Assembly (NCBI GenBank): GCA_963740915.1
Contig: CAVUFV010000012.1
Span: 5,483 to 69,482, forward strand
Source of the DNA: an uncultured cyanobacterium
GTDB taxonomy: Bacteria; Cyanobacteriota; Cyanobacteriia; Phormidesmidales; Phormidesmidaceae
Direction: 5' to 3'
DNA length: 64,000 nt
A program made the position numbers and the translations under genes. Shown in pieces: positions 26,879 to 36,458 of this stretch (positions are counted from its first letter, which is position 1; every line of letters starts with the position of its first letter). The notes beneath the pieces are model-generated. The model ran no database searches, was not told the DNA's origin, and saw only the letters and a program-made list of their open reading frames with translations.

Positions 26879-28681
26879 ATGGCAAAGCCGCTAAAATCTC
26901 AATGCCTGTCCTTGTTAGGGGCTGCTTTACTGGTGATGTGCCTGTTTGGAGTTTCCCACCTGCCGGCTAGAGCGCAGCTATTACCCGGCACTTCCGGTGC
27001 GCAACCGCCGACTGCTGAGGCGACTCCTTCATCTGAGGTTCCTAGTGTTGCCCCTAGTGCTGCTGAGCGCCTCTTGCCTAGCCAATGGTCGGCTATTCCG
27101 GATGCTGTAGATACCGCTCCGATTTACTTGGACGGCAAAACGCTATTTTTGATTAGTGCACCTGCTGTCGATCAGCAGCGGCCTGCCGAAAGTCGAGCTC
27201 AAGAAATTCAGCAGCGGCTGTATGCGATCGCAGATGAAGCGTTTACCGCTAATGATCCGCCCCCTACTGTCAGCATTAAAGTCGATAAACCCAGCAACTT
27301 ACCCGTCATTTTTGCAGATGATACACCGCTGCTAACGGTCACCTTTTTAGACGCACAAATCGGTGGTTATGCCAATCCTATCAATTACGCAACGCTGCTT
27401 AAGGACGATTTAGACAAAGCTTTTGACCGCTACTGGCAAGAGCGTCAGCCAGCGTTTTGGCAGCAGCAAGCCAAAGTCGCCGCAGGCATTATTGCAGGGG
27501 CCATCGTGATGCAGCTGTGGGCGATCAAAATGGGTCGGCGGCTCCGATCTCGACAGCGCCGACTGCTGAATGCTAAAACCCAGTTGCAGCCAAATCGAAC
27601 CTCTAATCCGGTCGTAGAGGCCCCGTTTGAGCCGACTTATTTTGATAGTGTTTTCGATCAGCTCAAAGCGCTGTTGGACAATCGCCAAAAGCGAAAGCTC
27701 AATGAAACCGCAGAGGGGCTGCTGATTTTATTTCAAATTGGGCTGTGGCTTGGTAGCTTGCTGTGGGTACTTGATTTGTTTCCTTACAGCCGCTGGCTAT
27801 CGACGCTATTGCTGTATTGGATGACGGTGCCGACCAAAATTTTACTGCTAGGCGTGGTTGCCTACATCGCTATTCGGCTCAGCAGTGTGGTCATTGATAA
27901 GGTAGGACTGGCTTTGCAGGAAGGAGCGAGGTGGGCTCCCGCGCGATCGCGCCGACTAGACTTGCGGTTTTCAACCTTTTCTCAAGCGGCCAAAGGGGTC
28001 GTAGGCGCAGTCACGTTTGGCATAGCGGTCTTGAGTGCATTGGCGATCGCTGGCGTCGAAATTGCCCCCCTTTTAGCCGGTGCAGGCATTGCGGGCATTG
28101 GTATTTCACTCGCCGCCCAAAGCTTGATCAAAGATATTATCAACGGGTTTTTAATCCTTTTTGAAGATCACTTCGGCATCGGCGATGTAATTTCGGTACA
28201 AGGAATGACCGGCAGCGTCGAGTACATCAACCTACGCATCACTCAACTGCGAGACAGCGAAGGCCGCGTGATCACCATTCCCAACAGCCAAATCACCATC
28301 GTTCAAAACCTATCGAAAGACTGGGCACAAGTAGATCTATCCGTGGCAATTGATCATACCGCCGATGTCAATAAAGCCATAGCACTGCTTAAAAGCACTG
28401 CCCTTGATCTATCTCAAGAAGAGGCCTGGCAGCGGCTGATTTTGGAGCCGCCTGATGTGCTCGGCATTGAAGCCGTCGATCAAAGCGGGATTAGGCTGCG
28501 CCTATTGCTCAAGACTCAGCCTTTACAGCAGTGGCCGGTTGCCCGCGAACTCAGAGCCCGCATCAAACAGCAGTTCGATGCAGCCGGAATTGCGATTGGC
28601 GTCCCTCAAGAAAAGGTCGAAATTCGGTGGAAACCGGCCCCTGATTCTGAGCGAGATCCGCTGGGTTTAGATCGAGATTAG
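26879..28681 (+). CDS. MscS-family mechanosensitive channel with a large N-terminal extension
   Basis: LAGAGIAGIGISLAAQSLIKDIINGF...GDVI...G.VE.INLRITQLRD..G..ITIPN. Confidence 0.93.
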   Translation: MAKPLKSQCLSLLGAALLVMCLFGVSHLPARAQLLPGTSGAQPPTAEATPSSEVPSVAPSAAERLLPSQWSAIPDAVDTAPIYLDGKTLFLISAPAVDQQRPAESRAQEIQQRLYAIADEAFTANDPPPTVSIKVDKPSNLPVIFADDTPLLTVTFLDAQIGGYANPINYATLLKDDLDKAFDRYWQERQPAFWQQQAKVAAGIIAGAIVMQLWAIKMGRRLRSRQRRLLNAKTQLQPNRTSNPVVEAPFEPTYFDSVFDQLKALLDNRQKRKLNETAEGLLILFQIGLWLGSLLWVLDLFPYSRWLSTLLLYWMTVPTKILLLGVVAYIAIRLSSVVIDKVGLALQEGARWAPARSRRLDLRFSTFSQAAKGVVGAVTFGIAVLSALAIAGVEIAPLLAGAGIAGIGISLAAQSLIKDIINGFLILFEDHFGIGDVISVQGMTGSVEYINLRITQLRDSEGRVITIPNSQITIVQNLSKDWAQVDLSVAIDHTADVNKAIALLKSTALDLSQEEAWQRLILEPPDVLGIEAVDQSGIRLRLLLKTQPLQQWPVARELRARIKQQFDAAGIAIGVPQEKVEIRWKPAPDSERDPLGLDRD

Positions 28682-28698
28682 CTAGAGCTTCATCCGGC

Positions 28699-28920
28699 TC
28701 AATCAGGCTTGATGCCATCTTCCGGAAACACCCATTTAGGGCCTTCACTAGCCCGCTTAGCCTGCTTACGGCGCACCGCTTCAGCGGCCATTTCAAGCAT
28801 GTCGTCTAGCGAAGTATTGGCAATGAATTGGGAGGTTTCTTGCTGAGTATCTTTGTGAGGGCACTGATCGCCCAGAATGCAGCCATCGATACAGTCTACT
28901 GCGCAGTTAATGTCTGCCAT
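28699..28920 (-). CDS. Small Cys-rich hypothetical protein (Cx3Cx3Cx5C)
   Basis: MADINCAVDCIDGCILGDQCPH; co-oriented just downstream of bioF. Confidence 0.75.
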   Translation of the reverse strand: MADINCAVDCIDGCILGDQCPHKDTQQETSQFIANTSLDDMLEMAAEAVRRKQAKRASEGPKWVFPEDGIKPD

Positions 28921-28969
28921 GATTATAGGAAGCTAAGGCTAAGGTTCTGTCAGCTTTTATTTTAAAGGA

Positions 28970-30163
28970 TTATTTGATCAGACAAAGCGTCAGCGCCCTG
29001 ATTAGTTGATCGATATGAGCGCAGGTATGAGTGGCCATCAGGCTAATGCGCAACCGACTGGTGGGCGCAGTCGGCGGTCGAATGGCTGAGGTAAAAATGC
29101 CTTGATCCTTGAGCTGCCTGGTCAGAGCTAGTACGGTAGCTGCGTCTTTAACCTTGAGACACACGATTGCTGAATCCGACGGCAGCCGCTGGATCGAAAT
29201 AGGCTGATCGCTAGATAAATCGGCGATTAGGGCGTCTATTGTCTGGGTGAGGTATTGAGCATTTTGAGAGAGCTTTTGCAATCGAGAAGGCTCCTGCCGA
29301 AGGGTTTCAAGGGCCCCAAGGCCAGCGGCTGTATCCGCTGGCGATAGACCGGTTGTATAAATCCAGCTAGCGGCGCGATTTCTCAAAAAATCGATCAGTT
29401 CCGCGCTGCCCGCGACATAGCCGCCCAAACTCGCAAACGCTTTGCTGAGCGTTCCCATCTGCACTAGCGGGCGATCGGCGCAGCCAAAGTGCTCTGCGCA
29501 GCCAGCCCCAGTTTTGCCGAGCACTCCAACGCTGTGGGCCTCATCGATCATCACCATGGCTTCAAATTCATCTGCCAAGTCCAAAATCTCTGGTAGAGAG
29601 CAGACATCGCCATCCATGCCAAATACGCCATCACTCACAATCAGGCAGCGGCGATAAGCGGCGCGATGCTGGGTGAGTTCGGCTCTTAGATCCGTGAGAT
29701 GGGCGTGAGCGTAAGTGATGATATGAGCGCCGCTAAGCGCAGCGCCATGTTTGAGGCTGGCATGATTGTACGCATCTGCCAAGATGAGATCGCGACTGCC
29801 AACGAGCGCGCCAATCGTGCCAATGTTGGCCAAGTAACCGCTGCTAAAAACGAGCGCGTCTGCGGTGCCCTTGAGATGGGCGATCGCCTGCTCTAACTCA
29901 CGGTGCAAAGGTCGGTGGCCGCTCAAAAGCCGGGAGCCGGTTGCACCAGTGCCATAGGTTTGGGTGGCAGCTATAGCCCGCTCGACTAAGCGCCAATTGC
30001 CCGCTAACCCCAAATAGTCATTACTGGCAAAGTTAATCAGCCGCTGGTTTGCCATCTCAATGACCGGCCCGCCAGCACCTTCAATCGGCTGCACACTGCG
30101 ATACCATTGGGCTCGGTGAATCGCTTGTAAAGATAGGTTCACCCAGCTATAAGGAGTTGTCAT
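28970..30163 (-). CDS. bioF: 8-amino-7-oxononanoate synthase
   Basis: NFASNDYLGL, GSRLLSG, NHASL, DEAH, GTLSKA (PLP lysine), AIRPPT. Confidence 0.95.
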   Translation of the reverse strand: MTTPYSWVNLSLQAIHRAQWYRSVQPIEGAGGPVIEMANQRLINFASNDYLGLAGNWRLVERAIAATQTYGTGATGSRLLSGHRPLHRELEQAIAHLKGTADALVFSSGYLANIGTIGALVGSRDLILADAYNHASLKHGAALSGAHIITYAHAHLTDLRAELTQHRAAYRRCLIVSDGVFGMDGDVCSLPEILDLADEFEAMVMIDEAHSVGVLGKTGAGCAEHFGCADRPLVQMGTLSKAFASLGGYVAGSAELIDFLRNRAASWIYTTGLSPADTAAGLGALETLRQEPSRLQKLSQNAQYLTQTIDALIADLSSDQPISIQRLPSDSAIVCLKVKDAATVLALTRQLKDQGIFTSAIRPPTAPTSRLRISLMATHTCAHIDQLIRALTLCLIK

Positions 30164-30276
30164 ATTGCAGCGGCAAAATAGTAAGGCTTAGGCCAGTTTA
30201 GAGTATGCGATCGCTCCTATGCGATCGCCCCTGAAAATCCACCTCCCCAGAGCCAGAGTCAGCATCGGCAGTGCGT

Positions 30277-33075
30277 TTAGTCTGGCTGCGTTAGGGGCAG
30301 CACGATTCGGCTCAAAATTCGGCCATCTTCCATTTGAGAGAGCGTAAATTCGCCGCCGAGCTGCTGCATTAAGGATTGACAAACCCATAAATGACTGTTT
30401 TTAGGCTGCTGTAAGCTTGAGGGCGAGAGTAAATCGATGGGGCGACTTTGGGTTAGCTCTTGCAGAATTTCGGGTGAGACGCTGCCTTCATCGGTGATCG
30501 AAATTTCTAGCCACTGTTCGTCAATCGGGCGGCACCAGATGTCAATGCGATCGCCTACCGGAGAGCGATCGCACGATTCGGCAATCAGCTCATACAGCAC
30601 AAACTCAATTTTGGTAATATCACCCGAAAGGGTCAAATTGATCTCACAGTGCACCTTTGACCATAGCTGCCGCGCCTGAATCAGCGGGTTAGCCCGCGCC
30701 ATAGCCCGTTTTAGCAAGCTGACTAAGGGCGTACTTTGGCGGCAGATCTTGAGGGCCCAGCGCTCGTGGTTCGTGACATAGCTGAGCCGATTGCTAAGCG
30801 TATTCATTTTTTGCACTAACAGTTGCTGGCGGGGATTATCCGGTTTAGATCCGGCCGCTGGCTGAAGGTTGATCTGTTGCAGACATTCTTTAAAGCCTGC
30901 ATTGAGATCTTCAATTTGATGTTGCTTATACCAGTTGATTTGCGTGAGCTGTTGCTGATGAGCCAGCATGGCGGTAGTCAGCTTGAGATGGCGGCGACAC
31001 CAAGCGAGCTGATTGACCATAATCGCGAGCAAAGTCGTTTGATCATCTGACCACTGACGGTTGGCATTATCGGCGAGAACAATCACCGCATTCGGTTCAT
31101 GCTCAGGAGCAGTGCGCAGCGCCATGACTAAAATTTGGGTACCCGCAGGCCCCGAGATCCACTGCTGACCATCGGCTGGCAGATCTTCCAATCGCAGCGT
31201 TAGCAGACCTTCAGTCGAAGCCGCCCAGTTGATGATTGCATCCGCTGCGAGTGAAATTTGGCGGTTAGCGTCTACTTTAAAGCTGTTGTTTTGCAGTAAG
31301 ACGTGACTTGCTTGGGCAAAAGCCTCGCCGTTTTCCCAGGTGATGAGCGCGACAACCGGAACGTGCAATAGCTGAGCGATATGGCGCGTGGCCGACTGAT
31401 CGAGTGTTTCGAGTTTAGTCAGACGCTGTAAGCTGCGCATTCCCCACTGAAAGGCTTCATGCAGTTGCGCTTGCTGATCGGTTTGACGCTGCAACTGCCA
31501 CTGATGCAAAATCAAGCCAATTTGGCTGCTGAGAGTTTGTACCAGTTCGCGCTCGGTTTGGCTCCAGCGGCGCTCTATTTTATCGGTGACAATGACAATG
31601 CCTTCAGGGGGTTGACCAGCTGAGGTGTTGCTCACTAGCATCGATTTGACGCCCATTGATTGGAAGTGCGATCGCCAAGATCCAAACTTCAGATCATTGT
31701 CCAAATTCTCAACACTCACAGGCGAATGCGCCCTTTGCAGCATTTGCTCATCGACCGTTTCTAACGGTAGCCAAGGCTCTGATCTTGCGATACCAATACC
31801 AGTGCGATAGCACAGATCAAAGCCCCCTCGATCAGGATTAAGGCCGAGCACAATCAGCTGATCAGATCCAATTCGCGCGGCTAGCTGCGTAACGCATAGT
31901 CCTAATACGTGCTGCCAATCGCGATCGCTATGAATGCTACGAGTCACTCCGGCGCTGAGCAAATGATCAGACTTCACCTTACTCAGCGCCGCATCCATTT
32001 CTGATACCGGCATCGCTAAGCTAATCAGCTGAGTAACGCCTCGCACATAGTCTTTTTCGGTGCTGCTCCAAATCCGTGGGCTAGCGCCTTCAATCGTCAT
32101 AAAACCCTGAAGTTCACCTTGGTAGATAATCGGTGACGCCATCAGCGACTGCACCGCCAAATGCTGCATCAGCCGATTTGCCATGCTGGCTTTGAGCGAT
32201 CCTTCGGCTTCACCAATGGCGACTATTTCACCCGTACAAAAGCTTTGATACAGCGCCTGCATCTCATTGACGAGCACACTGCCGTTGGATTTTCCCTGCA
32301 ATTTGCCGACCCTACACCAAAAGCTGCGCCCCCTGGGCTCTAGCCAATACACACTCACTGGCGTTTCTGTAAATAGCTGAGTTTCATCTGCAACCGCTTT
32401 CAGGCGAGCATCTAGACTCGATAGTGACGTGAGTGACGTGAGTAAGCTCAATAAAGGCTTAGCGGGCTGCTTGGTTTGCTGCCGCTGATCTTCTAGAGCA
32501 TTTTGATGAATCGCTTCTGCTAAGGCATTGTTGATAGCCAGCAGCGTAGAATTTTCTAAAATGCCAGGTTCGACACCCCAGTGCCGAGAACCCAACACCA
32601 TCAGACCAAAACAAATGCCCCGCCGCTGAATGGGCAAAATCACCGTACCTTGCAAATCAAAGGTTTGAGCAATCCGGGCCCAAGCGCCTGCACGCGACTC
32701 GTCGCGAATATCTGCAACGACCATTGGCTGCTGCTGCACCACCACCTGCTCTAACAAATCGCCCGGATGCAGCGCTAACGATGCATGAGAAAACCGACGA
32801 GGCCCGGTAGTAATTGACCCACGAGTGGTGAGTTGATGGGTAAAGCGATCATACAAACCCATCCACAGTAGCTTGAAGCCAAACTCGACGCGAATGGCTT
32901 CAAGCGCTTCTTGAATAGATTGATCGAGCGTTTCCGCTTCCCAAATAGCGGGCAGTACTTGGCTGAGATCTAGCTTGCTGAGTTCGCTAGAGATACGGCG
33001 ATCAGCTCGGCGATCTGGCTTAGGGTTTGGTGGGTGGACAGGGTGAACAGTAGGGTTAACCATAGTGAAGTCCAT
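30277..33075 (-). CDS. Multi-GAF sensor protein with a degenerate histidine-kinase (GHKL-like) C-terminus
   Basis: Four GAF-like repeats; C-terminal LEISITDEG and LMQQLGGEF; no canonical H-box, N-box or G2 motif. Confidence 0.85.
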   Translation of the reverse strand: MDFTMVNPTVHPVHPPNPKPDRRADRRISSELSKLDLSQVLPAIWEAETLDQSIQEALEAIRVEFGFKLLWMGLYDRFTHQLTTRGSITTGPRRFSHASLALHPGDLLEQVVVQQQPMVVADIRDESRAGAWARIAQTFDLQGTVILPIQRRGICFGLMVLGSRHWGVEPGILENSTLLAINNALAEAIHQNALEDQRQQTKQPAKPLLSLLTSLTSLSSLDARLKAVADETQLFTETPVSVYWLEPRGRSFWCRVGKLQGKSNGSVLVNEMQALYQSFCTGEIVAIGEAEGSLKASMANRLMQHLAVQSLMASPIIYQGELQGFMTIEGASPRIWSSTEKDYVRGVTQLISLAMPVSEMDAALSKVKSDHLLSAGVTRSIHSDRDWQHVLGLCVTQLAARIGSDQLIVLGLNPDRGGFDLCYRTGIGIARSEPWLPLETVDEQMLQRAHSPVSVENLDNDLKFGSWRSHFQSMGVKSMLVSNTSAGQPPEGIVIVTDKIERRWSQTERELVQTLSSQIGLILHQWQLQRQTDQQAQLHEAFQWGMRSLQRLTKLETLDQSATRHIAQLLHVPVVALITWENGEAFAQASHVLLQNNSFKVDANRQISLAADAIINWAASTEGLLTLRLEDLPADGQQWISGPAGTQILVMALRTAPEHEPNAVIVLADNANRQWSDDQTTLLAIMVNQLAWCRRHLKLTTAMLAHQQQLTQINWYKQHQIEDLNAGFKECLQQINLQPAAGSKPDNPRQQLLVQKMNTLSNRLSYVTNHERWALKICRQSTPLVSLLKRAMARANPLIQARQLWSKVHCEINLTLSGDITKIEFVLYELIAESCDRSPVGDRIDIWCRPIDEQWLEISITDEGSVSPEILQELTQSRPIDLLSPSSLQQPKNSHLWVCQSLMQQLGGEFTLSQMEDGRILSRIVLPLTQPD

Positions 33076-33396
33076 TAGCGAGGACGCAAGTCTTCGGTTA
33101 CGAGGGGGAAGAAAAAACAAAACACTCAATCAGTGAGCGATCGCCATCATCAAACCTTGGCGTATCAGGCCCATAATTCAATGACTTCGCCAGATTTAAT
33201 AAGTAGAAACACTTAAAGTCAGTGAAGTATTTGTAAATCCTTTATATGCGTATAGTGCCCTGCTGACAGGATTTTCCCAACGGTATTTTTGCGAGTCAAT
33301 GACCGCATTTCGCTATATTCGCGGGGTCAAAGATCTCCTTATCGTCCTCATCACAGCTCCTCCTTACTGTTCTCATCACCGTTCTTAGCACAGCTC

Positions 33397-34950
33397 TTAG
33401 CACAGCTGAACGGGTAGATGAATCACCAGCTCTGCACCTTGTTTGTAGTCTGTATTTAGGCTGAGATTGCCCCCATGCTCTTGAATGATTTGATAGGCGA
33501 TCGCTAATCCCAACCCGCTCCCTTCACCAATCGGCTTAGTCGTAAAAAAGTAGTCAAACACTTTTGACTGAATGCTTTCCTCAATCCCCACACCATTATC
33601 TCGAATACGGATTTCAACCTGCCTAGACTCGTTCATTTGAGTACTGATCCACAGCTTAGGTGACCAAGACTCTAAAATGTCCGCATCTGAAGACTTTAGA
33701 ACACAAGCGGTACTGAGGCTATCTATTGCATTAGAGACAATATTCCAAATGACCTGATTGACCTGAGCGGGATAGCACTCTACGGGTGAAATCTCACCGA
33801 AGGCTTTGATGACGTCTATTTTGGGGTGTTTGCTATTGACTGCTAGCTGATGGGTTAAGACCACTAAGGTGCTTTCAATGCCTTCATGCAAATCAATCGT
33901 CTTGATGCTGGACTCGTCTAATCGGGAGAAATTGCGCAGAGACAGAACAACTTTGCGAATGCGATCAGCACCTGTTTGCATGGATGAAAGCATTTTGGGC
34001 AGATCTTCAAGCATGAACTCAAAATCTGCTTCACTGCCAGTTAGCCGTGCTTGGGCCTGCGCTAGGGTTAGTAAGTCGGTGACATGATCTTTGACATAGG
34101 GCAAGTTTGCGTATATGAAATTGATTGAATTGTTGATTTCATGAGCAATGCCAGCCACCAGCTGACCTAGACTAGCCATCTTTTCGCTTTGAATTAGCTG
34201 CGCTTGAGATTTTTGTAGGGTTTTGAGTGCTTGCTGGAGTTCTGTTGATTGTGATTGGATAGTCTGTACATATTCTGCCTGCTTGAGCGCAATCCCAAGC
34301 TGTTCAGCCACCTGAATCAGTAGCTGCACCTCGCGCTCACGCCATTGCCTTGGTTCAGAGTTTTGGTAGGCGGCTAGCAGCCCCCACAGCTGGTTGTCTA
34401 AATAAATAGCGATGATGGCGTAAGCGCGGGCCTGATAGCTTTCTAATACTTCTATGTAGCAGTCACTGAAGCCAGCGGTATGAATATCGGTGCAAACTCT
34501 GAAAATTTCGCCTTGAACAAATGCTCCACCGTACGTCAGCTGCAAATGAGTATCGGTGGTTTTGGTTACGTCTAGCATTTGTACGCTACAGTCGCTGACG
34601 TTTTTGCTAATAAGGGCGCTGCGCGTTTGGGCTTCAAGCAGTGAGATCCAGGGTGAATCGACTGATTCAAAAATAAAGCTGCCGCTCCAGTCTGGGTTAA
34701 AGCGATAAATAGCGACTCTATCTGCAGATAGCAGCTGGCGGGCTTCATCGGTTGCGGTTTGGCAAATGATCGAGAAATCGAGCGATCGCCGAATTTGATT
34801 ACTCAGCGTGATCAGGGCTTTTTGCGTAGCTAATGCCTGCTTCTCCACCTGAGATTGGTCTTGAAGGAGCGGCGTACCCTGCGAGTGTTCTTTGAAGTGG
34901 CACAATTTGATACTTTTCGTCGACTCTGTAGGCAGAGCTGGGTTAGACAT
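33397..34950 (-). CDS. Cyanobacteriochrome (bilin GAF) sensor histidine kinase
   Basis: DRVAIYRFNPDWSG, DTHLQ, GFSDCY; H-box GIAHEINN; N/G boxes NAID, DNGVGI, FFTTK, GSGLGL. Confidence 0.92.
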   Translation of the reverse strand: MSNPALPTESTKSIKLCHFKEHSQGTPLLQDQSQVEKQALATQKALITLSNQIRRSLDFSIICQTATDEARQLLSADRVAIYRFNPDWSGSFIFESVDSPWISLLEAQTRSALISKNVSDCSVQMLDVTKTTDTHLQLTYGGAFVQGEIFRVCTDIHTAGFSDCYIEVLESYQARAYAIIAIYLDNQLWGLLAAYQNSEPRQWREREVQLLIQVAEQLGIALKQAEYVQTIQSQSTELQQALKTLQKSQAQLIQSEKMASLGQLVAGIAHEINNSINFIYANLPYVKDHVTDLLTLAQAQARLTGSEADFEFMLEDLPKMLSSMQTGADRIRKVVLSLRNFSRLDESSIKTIDLHEGIESTLVVLTHQLAVNSKHPKIDVIKAFGEISPVECYPAQVNQVIWNIVSNAIDSLSTACVLKSSDADILESWSPKLWISTQMNESRQVEIRIRDNGVGIEESIQSKVFDYFFTTKPIGEGSGLGLAIAYQIIQEHGGNLSLNTDYKQGAELVIHLPVQLC

Positions 34951-35270
34951 AAATGATACTCAAACGTATTGACAATAGCTGCTTTAAATACTGCCCTAGA
35001 GTCATTGATGAGTCGCCAAAAATCTAGATCATTCAGCCAAAAGCTAGAGTTATTAAACGATTTTTCTTCAAGCTCTTTCACGCAGTCTTGTGATCCTTAG
35101 TCCATCTCGGAAAAAGGTCAGTAAAAGAACTCAATCCTTATATCTAAACCAGCCGGATTATCTAAATCCCACTTAAATGAGATCATTAATGAGATCATTC
35201 GCTTAAGATCGCTGATATATTGCTCTTTGAGCAGACTTCAAAAATAGGCTTTATTTAGCTACATTTTCAG

Positions 35271-36458
35271 GTGTATTTTCGGGAGATCCTTTTGCAACAG
35301 CTTTACAGATCGGGTTTGCGCCCACTTTTATTTGACGTTTTCAAAGCCGATCTGGAAACTGTGCACCGCCAAACTATCAACACATTGGCATGGTTAGCAG
35401 CTGAGCCCACTGCCGGAGCAATGCTCCATCAGCCGACTCGGCGAGCGGCCCAAGCAGCAATTTCTCATCTCTGCAAAGTCCACGATCCTCGTTTGACGCA
35501 ATCACTTTGGCAGATCTCTTTTGCAAATCCACTTGGCCTTGCTGCCGGATTTGATAAAGACGGCACAGCGGCGCGGGCATGGCCTTTGTTGGGCTTTGGC
35601 TTTGCCGAACTCGGCACGGTGACCAGTCACGCGCAGCCCGGCAATCCGCAGCCGAGACTGTTCCGGTTGCCTGCTGATCGAGCCGCTCTCAACCGGATGG
35701 GTTTTAATAATCAGGGCGCAGCCGCTTTAGCGCATAGGCTCGCTAAGCTCTGGCCCGAAGGAAACTATCCGATGCCAATCGGCATCAATTTGGGCAAGTC
35801 AAAGATCACGCCGCTAGAAGAGGCCGCTGAAGACTATCTTCAAAGCTTTGAACAGCTCAAAAATCAGGGCAGTTACTTTGTGGTGAATGTGTCGTCACCG
35901 AATACGCCGGGACTGCGATCGCTCCAAGCCAAAGCCCAGCTCGCGCCCATTTTAGAGACCTTACAAACCGCAAACAGCGCTGGTAAGCCGCTGCTGGTCA
36001 AAATCTCGCCCGATCTGGCCACCGAAGATATTCACGAGATTGTGCAGCTTGCGCAGACTTACGAGCTAGCCGGCATTATTGCCACCAACACCACGATTGA
36101 GCGCCAAACTTTGAGCACTCGCATCGTGCCAGCTACCGGCAAATCAGTAACTGATGAAGCGGGTGGTATTAGCGGCGCACCTGTTAGCTACCGCTCTACT
36201 GAAGTCATTCGCTTAATTTATGAGCAAACTCAAGGCTCATTGCCAATTATTGGGGTAGGCGGCATTTTTAACGCAGAAGATGCTTGGGCCAAAATCACTG
36301 CCGGAGCTTCTTTGCTACAGACCTACACTGGCTGGGTGTATGAGGGGCCAACGATGGTAAAAGAGATCTTGAATGGGCTGTTGAAACGGTTGGATGAGCA
36401 CCAATTGAGCAATATTTCAGAAGCGGTGGGGCGATCGCTTCACCCTCGCTTCAGGTAA
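35271..36458 (+). CDS. pyrD: Quinone-dependent dihydroorotate dehydrogenase
   Basis: [41 protein letters not shown]. Confidence 0.96.
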   Translation: MYFREILLQQLYRSGLRPLLFDVFKADLETVHRQTINTLAWLAAEPTAGAMLHQPTRRAAQAAISHLCKVHDPRLTQSLWQISFANPLGLAAGFDKDGTAARAWPLLGFGFAELGTVTSHAQPGNPQPRLFRLPADRAALNRMGFNNQGAAALAHRLAKLWPEGNYPMPIGINLGKSKITPLEEAAEDYLQSFEQLKNQGSYFVVNVSSPNTPGLRSLQAKAQLAPILETLQTANSAGKPLLVKISPDLATEDIHEIVQLAQTYELAGIIATNTTIERQTLSTRIVPATGKSVTDEAGGISGAPVSYRSTEVIRLIYEQTQGSLPIIGVGGIFNAEDAWAKITAGASLLQTYTGWVYEGPTMVKEILNGLLKRLDEHQLSNISEAVGRSLHPRFR

